IMG/VR virus record: IMGVR_UViG_3300036832_001295
Coordinates: 1 to 64,000 of that record
Reading direction: 5' to 3' (one strand)
Source: a virus
DNA: 64,000 nucleotides
Every line of letters begins with the position of its first letter. Position 1 is the first letter of the stretch. Made by a program: the position numbers and the translations under genes. Under the pieces are notes generated by a model that ran no database searches, was not told where the DNA came from, and worked only from the letters and a program-made list of their open reading frames with translations. Shown in pieces: positions 1-9,304 of the stretch.

Positions 1-41
1 TTCGTGCCCGCCTCCCCTAACCGGACAGCGCCAGACCCCCC

Positions 42-437
42 TTACTGCGGGGCTGCGGGATCCTCGGGATGGGCCGTGGGGTCCTCGGCGGACCGCTCCT
101 GCGACTGCCCCTCGGCGGCAGCCTGATCCTCTTCGGTGGGCACACTCACCGAGGCGGCCTGGGCTGCGGCCTGGTCGGAGGCGGCCTGCAACGCCTCGGC
201 CTGTTCCTCGCTGGTGGCCTGACCGGCCGCGGTGGCCAACGCGTCGGCGCGGGCCTGCGCGAAGACCGGGCTGACCTGGTCGATGTTGCCGCCCTCGGCC
301 TGGGTGCTGTACTGCTGATGCATCCATACCGAGGTGGTCGGCGGGGTGGCCGGTTGGCTGTCCGGCGCGTCTTCGGCGGCCTGCTCTTCGGCGGCGGCTT
401 GCTCTTCGGCGGCGGGTTGTTCTTCGGTCATGGTCAC
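42..437 (-). CDS. hypothetical acidic Ala/Glu/Gln-rich protein
   Basis: 131 aa ORF with GGAG RBS, co-oriented with the head operon; low-complexity EEQAAA repeats. Confidence 0.7.
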   Translation of the reverse strand: MTMTEEQPAAEEQAAAEEQAAEDAPDSQPATPPTTSVWMHQQYSTQAEGGNIDQVSPVFAQARADALATAAGQATSEEQAEALQAASDQAAAQAASVSVPTEEDQAAAEGQSQERSAEDPTAHPEDPAAPQ

Positions 438-455
438 TCCTTCGGGATGGGTGGG

Positions 456-1031
456 TTAGGCGTTGGCGATGCCCGCGCGCCGCCAGACAATCTCGCTCTT
501 GCCGTTGGGCAGCACCTTGCCGGTCTCGTGCGGGATGTACTGCACCCCCAGATGCACGTGTTCGGAACACAGCGGGGGCCGCTCGTTCGGGTTCTGCCCG
601 GAGGCCAGCGCGTAAGAGCCGCACAGTTCTCCGGATCGGGACGATCCCTTGGGGGCGATGCAGGCCACACCACGGGCGATGGTGCGATCCGCGGCCCGGT
701 CCAGGGTGGCCTGCGACTCGGCCAGCCGGTTCTGCCGGGCCTCCCATTCCTTCTGCTGCAACCCGAGCGCCTCGGCTAGTGCCTCCGGGGCGTCTTCGAC
801 GGTGAGCAGGTCACGCAGCAGCGCCCGGCGGAAGTCCGGGTTGCGCAGCACCTGGCTGGACACCTCGCACACGTCCCGGCCGCCGCCGTCACCCTTCCCC
901 TCCCACACGTAGGTGATCTTCGTGGAGTCGTCGGTGAAGACGGTGATCCCGGCCTGGTTGTTGCGGACCACGATCACGTCGTTGGCCAGTTCGGCGGCCA
1001 GTTGGTTGAGCCGAGATGCGGCCAGTGGCAT
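456..1031 (-). CDS. conserved phage head-region protein with C-terminal Cys/His cluster
   Basis: 191 aa, GGAGG RBS; VRNNQAGITVF N-terminus and C..C..C..H resemble, from memory, genes downstream of the capsid in Bxz1-like phages. Confidence 0.75.
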   Translation of the reverse strand: MPLAASRLNQLAAELANDVIVVRNNQAGITVFTDDSTKITYVWEGKGDGGGRDVCEVSSQVLRNPDFRRALLRDLLTVEDAPEALAEALGLQQKEWEARQNRLAESQATLDRAADRTIARGVACIAPKGSSRSGELCGSYALASGQNPNERPPLCSEHVHLGVQYIPHETGKVLPNGKSEIVWRRAGIANA

Positions 1032-1075
1032 GGGTTCCTCCTGCGGTAAGCGCGGTCAGAGGGTCAAGTGTGGAT

Positions 1076-1747
1076 TTACGGCGCGGCCCCGGCGACCCAG
1101 GCCGGGGTGGCACCGACCCAGGAGGCCTTGGACCCGTCTTTGAGGCTGACGTACTGACCGGTGGTCCAGGCGGTGGCCGGTACGGCGGTGACCATGTTGG
1201 CGGTCAACGCGGCCAGGTTGGCCGGGACCGGGGCCGCGGAGCCGCCCAGCAGCCCGGTGCTGAAGCCGCCCGGGATGCCTGCGGTGGCGTTGACCTGCAC
1301 GATCCAGGCGGTGCCGTTCCAGGTGGCGGCGGAGCCGTCGGCGAGCAGCACGTACTGCCCGGCGGTCCAGGCCGTAGCGGGGGAGGCGGTGACCGGGCTG
1401 GTCAACGCCACCCGGTTGCCGCTGGTGTCCAGCCGCCAGGGCACCAGGTCGCTGAAGGTGGCCGGGACGACCTGCCCGGAGGAGAAACTGCCCGGTGACC
1501 CGGCGATGGCGGTGCGGACCGCGGGCCGGGCCGGTTGGGCGACCGTCGTCGGTGCGCTCAATGCCCGCAGCGTGGCGGTGTCCAACGCGGCGTACTCGGC
1601 GTCGGTGAGGGTGACCACGTCCCCGCTGGTGTAGGAGCGCTGCCCCACCGAGGCCACCAGCTGGTCGGCGGCGGAGGCGATGGCGGTGATGGTGCCCGGC
1701 AGTTTGATGGAACGGAAACCAGTCAGGATGGTGACTTGCTTGCCCAT
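1076..1747 (-). CDS. putative virion protein with internal duplication
   Basis: 223 aa; motif PATAWT(A/T)GQYVxLxDGSxAxW occurs twice; AAGGA RBS. Confidence 0.75.
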   Translation of the reverse strand: MGKQVTILTGFRSIKLPGTITAIASAADQLVASVGQRSYTSGDVVTLTDAEYAALDTATLRALSAPTTVAQPARPAVRTAIAGSPGSFSSGQVVPATFSDLVPWRLDTSGNRVALTSPVTASPATAWTAGQYVLLADGSAATWNGTAWIVQVNATAGIPGGFSTGLLGGSAAPVPANLAALTANMVTAVPATAWTTGQYVSLKDGSKASWVGATPAWVAGAAP

Positions 1748-1820
1748 CGAATCGTCCTTTCCCGGCGTGGTTCGGCTCGCTACTTCACGGGCCGAGCGCC
1801 GAGCCGGGACAGGACTGCGG

Positions 1821-2456
1821 TTAGGGCAGCTTGCTGTGCAGCCAGGCGGCGTCCTTGGCGTAGTGCGCCGCCTGGGTGGCCAGGTAGTACTTGGGGAAGC
1901 GCTGGTGCACCCAGCCGCGGTAGCAGCCGTAGCCGAAGAAGTAGCCCCCGACCAGCAGCCCGATGAGCACTCCCCACGGGGTGCCGTGGTAGGCGGAGAT
2001 GCCGAAGCCGATGACGAAGGCGAGCACCCCGACGATGAATCCGCCGACCCGGTCGTAGTGGCCTTCGGAGTTCTTCTGCCAGCGGCCCGCAGCCCGATAC
2101 CGGCGGTGCTGCTCGCGGGGGGTGAAGGTGGACGGGATGGTGATCCAGCCGGTCTGGCAGTACCAGGCGTCGTGCTCGAAGTCGTAGAGGGTGTCCCCGG
2201 GCGGGGTGATGGGCCCGAACCGGTCCACGAAGCACTGCTTCGCGACCGACCACTGCGGGCGTTCCACGTTCGGGTTCAGGGCCCGGTCGGCCCAGACCAT
2301 GGTGGCGGTGATGGCCTGCTGCTCGGGGCTGTTGGTGTTGGGCCGGGGCAGGTCGATGCCGGTGTACCAGACCGCAAACCTGTCGTAGTCGAAGTGATTG
2401 TTGGTGTTCCCGTAGGGGGTCAACGGTAGGTCGGGTATCAGTGCCGGAGTAGTCAT
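1821..2456 (-). CDS. membrane protein
   Basis: 211 aa with two hydrophobic helices (VGGFIVGVLAFVIGFGI; WGVLIGLLVGGYFFGY). Confidence 0.7.
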   Translation of the reverse strand: MTTPALIPDLPLTPYGNTNNHFDYDRFAVWYTGIDLPRPNTNSPEQQAITATMVWADRALNPNVERPQWSVAKQCFVDRFGPITPPGDTLYDFEHDAWYCQTGWITIPSTFTPREQHRRYRAAGRWQKNSEGHYDRVGGFIVGVLAFVIGFGISAYHGTPWGVLIGLLVGGYFFGYGCYRGWVHQRFPKYYLATQAAHYAKDAAWLHSKLP

Positions 2457-2487
2457 GCTTAGACCATAGCAAGTGACCTTGACGATT

Positions 2488-2880
2488 TCAAGTCATCACT
2501 TCGATAGTCCGCTTTGACTTATACGCTTCCAGTACCTCACGAAATGGTTCCTCCCCTGGCCCCGGGTAGGCCAGGAAGAAATCATCTACCCCCGCTTCGA
2601 GCAGCCTGCGCTGCTCCTGTCCCCAGGCCCGGCTGCCCTCGGTCACCCACGGGCTCTCGTGCCGCTCGGCCAACACGTCCTTGCCCAGGAACACCGACCA
2701 GGACCGCCACATCGCGCAGAAGGTATCCGCGGCCTGGTCCGCACCGCTCGGGTAGTCGCCGTGCACCACGGTCAGCACCCTGACCTCCGGCATCTTCAAG
2801 ATCCGGGTCAGGTCATTGACGATCCGGTCCGGGTACGGGCAGCGCGGGCCGCCCAACACCGCCACCCGGAAGTTCGTCAT
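2488..2880 (-). CDS. SLOG/YspA-like (DUF2493-like) protein
   Basis: MTNFRVAVLGG...VVHGDYPSGADQAA matches the family pattern; start set at ATG 2880. Confidence 0.6.
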   Translation of the reverse strand: MTNFRVAVLGGPRCPYPDRIVNDLTRILKMPEVRVLTVVHGDYPSGADQAADTFCAMWRSWSVFLGKDVLAERHESPWVTEGSRAWGQEQRRLLEAGVDDFFLAYPGPGEEPFREVLEAYKSKRTIEVMT

Positions 2881-2985
2881 GCGGCGCGATGGTAGCCGAC
2901 CGTTCGCGATCCACCGGCTGTGACGGCGCACGGGAGTAGGCGTCCACCATCGTCTCGATGTCGCGGTCCACCGCAGGTGGCAGGG

Positions 2986-3960
2986 TCAGGTCTTGACCAC
3001 CGAAGCGATGCCGCGCGGGTTGAGCACCAGCTGCGCCACCATCTCATCGAAGACCCAGCCGCGCAGGAACCGGTCCACGATGTGGTTCTCCTCCACGTCC
3101 AGGCTGTAGAGCACCGGGAACACGCCGAGGAAGTTCGGCTCCGGCAGCAGGAACAGGTGGTTCTGCTGCACCATGATCGAACGCTGCACCTGGAACTCGC
3201 CGAAGGACAGGATCGTCTCACCGGCCACCACCCGGTCCTTGAACGCCCAGCCGGTGGTGTTGATGTCCCAGCGGAAGAAGTCCCGGTAGTCCATCGGATG
3301 CACCAGCATCCGGGCCGAGACCAGTTCGTGCACGTCGGTCTGGGATACCGCCTGGTAGAAGCTGGCCGGGGTGTAGTAGCCGGAGGTCTCGGTGACCGTG
3401 TGGTTGGGCGAGACGACGTGGTCCGGGCGGGAGGCGTAGTCGGTCAACGCCGCCTGCAAGACCAGCATCAGCCGGGAGTCCTCCTGCTTCAGGATGGACT
3501 GCTTGGTCTCGTCCTGGGCCTGCTCGACGGCGTTGATCCGCAGGTACATCAGGTCTTCCTTGCGGATCTGCGCCTGGGATGCGATGCGGAAGAAGTCGAC
3601 CCGCACCCGCTTGCCCTCGAAGATCGTGATGGCAACTTCGCCGTCGTTGCCGTTCATGATGTAGGCCTGGCCCAGGTCGTCCCACACGTCGTACTCGACC
3701 GGGGTGCCCGGGGTGACCGGGTCCTCGACCAGCACGTTGCGGGTGATGCCCTGGTAGCGCAGCTTCAGCTGGATCGGGCCGATCATGCCGACACCGAGCC
3801 GCTTGAAACCGGAGACCTCGTCGGAGAGCACCCGGGCGATGGCTTCCAGCTTCTGACCGTGGCTGGCGGTCTTGCCTTGATGCCGGGCCAGAATCTGGGC
3901 GACGTAGTCGTCGCTCTTCATCGGGGTCTTGACGCCCTGAGGAACCATCAGCGTCGTCAT
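2986..3960 (-). CDS. major capsid protein (Bxz1/cluster C-like)
   Basis: motifs MIGPIQLKLRYQGI, FRWDINTTGWAFKD and FLGVFPVLYSLDVEE...LNPRGI recognised from cluster C mycobacteriophage capsids. Confidence 0.92.
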   Translation of the reverse strand: MTTLMVPQGVKTPMKSDDYVAQILARHQGKTASHGQKLEAIARVLSDEVSGFKRLGVGMIGPIQLKLRYQGITRNVLVEDPVTPGTPVEYDVWDDLGQAYIMNGNDGEVAITIFEGKRVRVDFFRIASQAQIRKEDLMYLRINAVEQAQDETKQSILKQEDSRLMLVLQAALTDYASRPDHVVSPNHTVTETSGYYTPASFYQAVSQTDVHELVSARMLVHPMDYRDFFRWDINTTGWAFKDRVVAGETILSFGEFQVQRSIMVQQNHLFLLPEPNFLGVFPVLYSLDVEENHIVDRFLRGWVFDEMVAQLVLNPRGIASVVKT

Positions 3961-4008
3961 GTCACTCTCCTGAGTTCTCTCCGGGCCGGAAATGGGTGTC
4001 CAGGGCTG

Positions 4009-4584
4009 TCAGACGGTGCCGGTCAGTCCGCCGATGGTGATCTGCGAGGGGCTGTCCACCGAGATCAGCCGGGCCGCGGTGATCACCGTGACGGCGCTGG
4101 ACGGCTTCAGCTGACCGCGGTAGGTGCCGCCGCTGTCGACCGCGTACGCATCGACGTACTGCGGGATGCCGGTGGCGATGGCGGTGTTCGCCGCGGCCCA
4201 GCCCGCGGCCGGGTCGAAGGCCGGGGACATCACCTGGAACAGCGAGTCCGGGCCGAGCACCCACACCGCGCAGGCGTTCACGCCGGAGTCGGAGATCTGC
4301 CGGATGCCGAGCTTGGGGGCCTCAAAGAAGTCCGAGAGCCCGAAGACCCGAGCACCCGCATTCGGGGTGATGGTCTGCGGCGGGTTGCCGCCCGTGTAGG
4401 CGGTGGTGCCGTACGGGGCGACCAGTTGACCGGCCCGTCGGTAGAGCGCCATCCCCGGGTAGATGTCGCAGCTGAAGTCCCAGTAGGGGTCCAGCAACAT
4501 GTTCTGCGGGGTCGCCTGGGTGTTGGCGTACAGCGGTCGGATAGTCCGCTTCAAGTAGTTGAGGTTCATTGGAGTGCGAAGCAC
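4009..4584 (-). CDS. capsid decoration protein
   Basis: KRTIRPLYANTQATP...FGLSDFFEAPKLG...PAFD; immediately upstream of the major capsid as in Bxz1-like phages. Confidence 0.8.
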   Translation of the reverse strand: MLRTPMNLNYLKRTIRPLYANTQATPQNMLLDPYWDFSCDIYPGMALYRRAGQLVAPYGTTAYTGGNPPQTITPNAGARVFGLSDFFEAPKLGIRQISDSGVNACAVWVLGPDSLFQVMSPAFDPAAGWAAANTAIATGIPQYVDAYAVDSGGTYRGQLKPSSAVTVITAARLISVDSPSQITIGGLTGTV

Positions 4585-4631
4585 TGGTCCAGTCCTCTCT
4601 TCGAGCCGCTGCTATTGCTTGGGTGTCTGGT

Positions 4632-7600
4632 TCACTCCCCGGACAGGGCATCGCCGAGCAGAACCAGCGACAGATCCAGGTCGTCGTCACGTTGGGCCGC
4701 CTCCCGGCGCAGCGGTGCCTGCCCGGCCAGCGACGGCACGGTGCGTGCCTGACCGGCCGAACGGGGCACCGCACGCCGCGGCGGTGGCTGCCCCTGACGC
4801 TTGGCCGCGGCCTTCGCCACCTTGTTCAGGGTGCCGATCTCGGCGTTGATGGCCGCAATGTCGGTGCTGTTGGCGATCTTCTGGGCGAGCGCCAGGTCTT
4901 CCTCGCCGTCGGCGTAGCCCGCCGCGATCTGCAACCGGGCCAGCCGCAACGCGGCCATGAAGCGCAGCTGGGTGTCCTCGCCGCCATCCAACGAGCCGGT
5001 GCGCTGCGCCTGCCCGAACGGACCACCGAGCGGGAACGCGACCTGCGAGTTCATCGTGTTCCCCGCCCGCACGTCCACCTCGGTCTTGGTCTCGCGCAGC
5101 GGCCGGGGCCCCTGGGTGCCGTCGATCGGGCGGGTCACGTCGACCAGCTGCTTGACCGCCGGGGAGGGCAGGTCCTGGCCGGGGGTGTAGGCGGTGGTGA
5201 CCGCGTCGGCGGCCACATCCTGGTTGACGCCGGGCACCATGCCGGGGGCGTTGACGTCGGCGAAGGCCTCCGGCTCCAACGCGTCCGGGGTGGACTGGCT
5301 GGGCGGCTCCGGGCGGGGTTCGATGACCGGCTGAGCGGGGTTCTGCTCGTCGGCGTGCTTGCGGACCATGGCGGTGCGGACCAGCGTGTCGACGTCCGGG
5401 CCCAGGTGCATGGCGATGGCTTGCAAACCGGCGGTGAGCCGCTGGATCTGGCTGTCCTTGACGCTCAATCGGCGTTGCAGCTTCAGGTTCTCCCGCTGCT
5501 GGTGCTCGACCAGTTCCTGTAGCTCGGCCAGCGCCGCGAGTGCGTGCTGCATGTCGAACTCCTTCACAGAGGCTCGGTACTTAGCGGCGGCGGACTTCTT
5601 GGGGACAGGGCGCTTGGCCGGTGGGGTTTGTGCCTGCTCCTCCTCCTCGTCCTCTTCCTCCGGCTCTTCCTCGTCCTCCTCCTCGTCCTCGGGGACCTCC
5701 TCCGGGGTGACGGTGGTCCGGGACGGGATCGGGGAAGTGTCCAACGGGCCTTCCTCGGGGCTGCCTTCCGGTGGCTGTTCCTCCTCACCGGGTTCGGGTT
5801 CTTCCTCCTCGCCCTGGCCGGTGGCCTCCAACAGCCCCTTGTTGCAGTTGGGGCACACATCACCCTCGGCGGGGCCTTCCGGTTGCCCGCCCTCGGTGGT
5901 CGGTGCGCCGGACTCGTACTCCATCCCGCACACCGGGCAACCCAACGTGGACGGGCCGCCCTCCCCGGCGACCTGCGCCTGCACGTCCTCGGTGTCCCCG
6001 GCCTCGAAGTCGGCTCCCTTGCGGGACGGGTCGACGTCGAGCAGCGCGTCATCGACCGACCGTTTCAATTCGTCAAGGTGTCGGGCCTTGTCCACATCCG
6101 GGTCACCCAGCGCCTTCGGTGGCGCGAGGTAACCGCAGACCAGGCATTCCCGGCCGTCGAAGGCGGTGTCGTTGCCGCAGATCGCGCACCGCTCGTCACG
6201 CAGCGTGTCGACGTCTTGTGGGGCTTTTGTCTCGTTATAGGCCAACGCCTGCACCATCGCGGCGGAGGTCAGCGAGGAGGTGGGCAACGCCCCGACGATC
6301 GCGTCGGCGGTCTTGCGGCCATGGTGGTGGGAAAGCAGGTCGTGCAGCTTGGACTTGTTGGTCGCCGCCAGCCCCTGCTTGGACCGCAACCGGGTGGTCA
6401 CGGTGCGCCGGGTCTCGTTCTCATCGGCGGCCTGCCGCTGCTGCCCGGCGTACCACCAGCCTGCTTGCAGGTGGTCGGAACGGTACTTGCGACGGTCCTG
6501 CTTGCCGATCATGTCGTGCGCGGTGCGGGCCACCGACTGGGCGGCCTCGTAGCCGCCCTTGTTGCCCAGCTGCGAGGAGATGTGGTGGTACCAGGCGTAG
6601 TCGGGCATGTTGCCGGACCCTGCCGCGTAGGTCTGCCGGTCCATGACGTACCGCTTCTCTCCCTGGTCGCCGGAGTTGGCGATGTGCCGGTGGAAGTCGG
6701 AGAACTTGTTCGACCTGATCACCTCGGTGGGTTCGGCCCCGTCCAGCAGCCGCCGGATCTGGCCGCGGGCCGCGCCGTTGAGGTGGTAGCCGCCGCCCGC
6801 GTAGTCCTTGCCGTACGGGTCGTCGGAGACGGCGATGGCGTGCGCGGTCGCCTTCTGCTGGTGGTATTCGGTCCCGGCCGAGGAGATCGTGTTGATGGCG
6901 TTGAGGGTGAGCGGGTGGATGGGGTGGAATCCCTGCTCGGTGCGGGCCCGGTTGATGTGCTTGGTCTCGCTGGCCAGCGTGTCGTGTTCCTTGGCGTACC
7001 AGACCTTCGCGTGTGCCTTCTGCGCCCGGCTCAACCCGTTCCAGGAGGTCACGAACTTCTCCGCGCTCAACGGGTTGGCCGCCGACCAGCGTTTGGCCTG
7101 CCCCTGGATGTAGCCGTGCTGGGCGGCGTGCTGGACCTGCTCGGTCCGCGGCAGCGTCTCGGTGATCTTCTTGCTGGGGGCCTTGTAGAACATCGGCTGC
7201 CCGTCCGGGTGCTCGTTGTTCTCGCCGTGGCTGCGGTAGACGCTACGCACGTTGGCCAGGTGTGCGTCGAACTCTTCCTCGCTCATCTTGGTAGTCCGCC
7301 GTCGGGCCACCGGCAGGTCAGGCAGAGTGTTCATCGGTGGTGCTTCGGCCTTGCTGGCCCCCTGCCGCCGGTCCAGGTCCCGCATCCGGGCCCGGTCGGC
7401 GTAGCTCATCGGCTCGATCTCGGGGTGGTTGAAGGACATGTACTCCGCGCCGTTGTCCCGTACCCACTTGTGCAGGCCACGTTCGAGGTGGTGCTGGCCG
7501 AACCGGTCCCGGTTGGCAGCGGCCTCGCTGGAAGACATCGCGTCGGAGTAGCCGGGCAACGGCGGTGAGTCGACCGGCTGGTCGCCCTCGTAGATGTGGT

Positions 7601-9053
7601 ACCGGTTGCCGCCGGTCCATTCGGCCCGGTAGCCGGAGGGGTGTTCGGCGAACATCCGCCGTTCCATCCCGGCCCGGTGCCGCTGCTGCCACCGCCGGAT
7701 GCGGGGGTCGTGTTGTTCCAGGTGGGCGGCGTACCCGCCGGTCTCTTCCGGGTCGCCGTTGACCCAGTGGTGCAGATCCTGTTCGGCTTCGGCCGGTCCG
7801 TAACCGGGCATCCGATGCTGGTTGCGGGTCTCCCGATCGTAATGCTGCAAATCAATCAAATCGTGTGATTCGTCACCGGTCGCTTGGTGCCGAATCTCCA
7901 AATGCGGCCCGGAATGGTCAATGGCATACCAACCGCGCGGGCCTTCGATATGCGCGTACGGGTGATCGTCATCGTCAGGGTCGAACTTGATGTGGTGCGG
8001 CTGGTATCCCAATCCCTGAAGATCATTCATAACCCCGATATTGCGGGTGGACTTACGGCTCTCCGGGGTGCTGCCCGGATCCATGACCTGGTGGAAGCCC
8101 TCCCACAGCCGCTCACCCATCTCCCGGCCCTTGGCCTTGTCGGCGGCGATCTGCTCCGGGGTCTTGGGCTTGTCGTTGCCTTGGAACCAGGGGTCGTCGT
8201 CACCCTGCCGGTGGTAGGGGTTGATACCGTTTGAAGCGGTATATTGAAGCGGCAAGGTCGAGGCGTGGCTGGGCGTGGTGAGGCGCGGCCTGGCATGACG
8301 AGGCGTGGCGAGGCTGGCAAGATTCGTTGCAGGTCGTTCACTAAGAACGGCCTCCAACGAAGCCACCTTCTGCTGTAGATGTTCCAATCCAGGACCCAGT
8401 ACCGGCCGGTCCAGGAAGTAGGCGGTCGGATCTGCCGGAGGTTCAACAAGCAGTGAATTCTCGAAGAAGGACAGGCCACTGCAAATTTCGAATACCAACA
8501 CGTCTTCGAACCGGCCGTCCGGGTTGCGCCGCCTGATCCGTTTGCCCTTCTTGCCGGGAATATGTGCACAGTATTCGAGCGGGGTGGTGGCCTTGTTGCC
8601 GCAGAACGAGCAGGTGGATATCGCCACATCGGTGCCCATGGAAGTCCGGTCGATATCACCATTGAGAATGGCCTGGGCCAGCTTCGGGAACCGGATCGCG
8701 TCGATTTCCATCAAACATTCGCACCAGGTATCCGGGGAGCCGTCCGGGTTGCGGTCCCGGTGCAGGGCCGCGTCGATGACCACCCCGCGGGCGTGCCGGT
8801 GGTCCTCGTTGACGTGATTGACGAACACCGGACGGCCGATGAACGTCTGGTAGGACTTGGCGATCTCCTCGGCCGGGAAGCAGTCCCAGTTGTCGTTGGT
8901 GCGCGAGGAGATGGCCCGCGACCGGACGTAGAGGTAACCCTCCCGGGGCACGTAGTGGAACACCGCCCGGTGCGCGTCCTTGGCCAAGCCGGGGATCGCC
9001 CCGCTGGCCGCGGCCAGCACCTGCGCCGCACCGAACCGTCGGAACACCGGCAC
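4632..9053 (-). CDS. capsid maturation protease / scaffold fusion with inserted modules
   Basis: N-terminal YLYVRSRAISSRTNDNWD...FIGRPVFVNH...TSMGTDV..CSFC..FFENSLLVEPPADPTA protease-type region; CxxC zinc ribbons, acidic linker and coiled-coil C-terminus. Confidence 0.8.
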   Translation of the reverse strand: MPVFRRFGAAQVLAAASGAIPGLAKDAHRAVFHYVPREGYLYVRSRAISSRTNDNWDCFPAEEIAKSYQTFIGRPVFVNHVNEDHRHARGVVIDAALHRDRNPDGSPDTWCECLMEIDAIRFPKLAQAILNGDIDRTSMGTDVAISTCSFCGNKATTPLEYCAHIPGKKGKRIRRRNPDGRFEDVLVFEICSGLSFFENSLLVEPPADPTAYFLDRPVLGPGLEHLQQKVASLEAVLSERPATNLASLATPRHARPRLTTPSHASTLPLQYTASNGINPYHRQGDDDPWFQGNDKPKTPEQIAADKAKGREMGERLWEGFHQVMDPGSTPESRKSTRNIGVMNDLQGLGYQPHHIKFDPDDDDHPYAHIEGPRGWYAIDHSGPHLEIRHQATGDESHDLIDLQHYDRETRNQHRMPGYGPAEAEQDLHHWVNGDPEETGGYAAHLEQHDPRIRRWQQRHRAGMERRMFAEHPSGYRAEWTGGNRYHIYEGDQPVDSPPLPGYSDAMSSSEAAANRDRFGQHHLERGLHKWVRDNGAEYMSFNHPEIEPMSYADRARMRDLDRRQGASKAEAPPMNTLPDLPVARRRTTKMSEEEFDAHLANVRSVYRSHGENNEHPDGQPMFYKAPSKKITETLPRTEQVQHAAQHGYIQGQAKRWSAANPLSAEKFVTSWNGLSRAQKAHAKVWYAKEHDTLASETKHINRARTEQGFHPIHPLTLNAINTISSAGTEYHQQKATAHAIAVSDDPYGKDYAGGGYHLNGAARGQIRRLLDGAEPTEVIRSNKFSDFHRHIANSGDQGEKRYVMDRQTYAAGSGNMPDYAWYHHISSQLGNKGGYEAAQSVARTAHDMIGKQDRRKYRSDHLQAGWWYAGQQRQAADENETRRTVTTRLRSKQGLAATNKSKLHDLLSHHHGRKTADAIVGALPTSSLTSAAMVQALAYNETKAPQDVDTLRDERCAICGNDTAFDGRECLVCGYLAPPKALGDPDVDKARHLDELKRSVDDALLDVDPSRKGADFEAGDTEDVQAQVAGEGGPSTLGCPVCGMEYESGAPTTEGGQPEGPAEGDVCPNCNKGLLEATGQGEEEEPEPGEEEQPPEGSPEEGPLDTSPIPSRTTVTPEEVPEDEEEDEEEPEEEDEEEEQAQTPPAKRPVPKKSAAAKYRASVKEFDMQHALAALAELQELVEHQQRENLKLQRRLSVKDSQIQRLTAGLQAIAMHLGPDVDTLVRTAMVRKHADEQNPAQPVIEPRPEPPSQSTPDALEPEAFADVNAPGMVPGVNQDVAADAVTTAYTPGQDLPSPAVKQLVDVTRPIDGTQGPRPLRETKTEVDVRAGNTMNSQVAFPLGGPFGQAQRTGSLDGGEDTQLRFMAALRLARLQIAAGYADGEEDLALAQKIANSTDIAAINAEIGTLNKVAKAAAKRQGQPPPRRAVPRSAGQARTVPSLAGQAPLRREAAQRDDDLDLSLVLLGDALSGE

Positions 9054-9100
9054 CTCCTCCGCCCGTGACTTCGCGGGCGTAGTCGCCGGTCAGGCAGAAC

Positions 9101-9304
9101 TCAACGGATGAACTGGCCGGTGATGTCGCTGCGGTAACCGTCCGGTGCGGCCTGGTTCACCTTCTCCCCGGCCCGGCGGTGCACCCGCACGTAACGGATC
9201 GCGCGGGCCCGACTCAGCCCCTCGATCGCCAGCCGTTCCCCGTGCAACACCGCCCAGGAGCCGTCCTGATGAGGTTCCAGCGTCCAGGCCATCAACCGCC
9301 TCAT
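9101..9304 (-). CDS. hypothetical protein
   Basis: 67 aa; ATGA overlap with the upstream gene. Confidence 0.55.
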   Translation of the reverse strand: MRRLMAWTLEPHQDGSWAVLHGERLAIEGLSRARAIRYVRVHRRAGEKVNQAAPDGYRSDITGQFIR

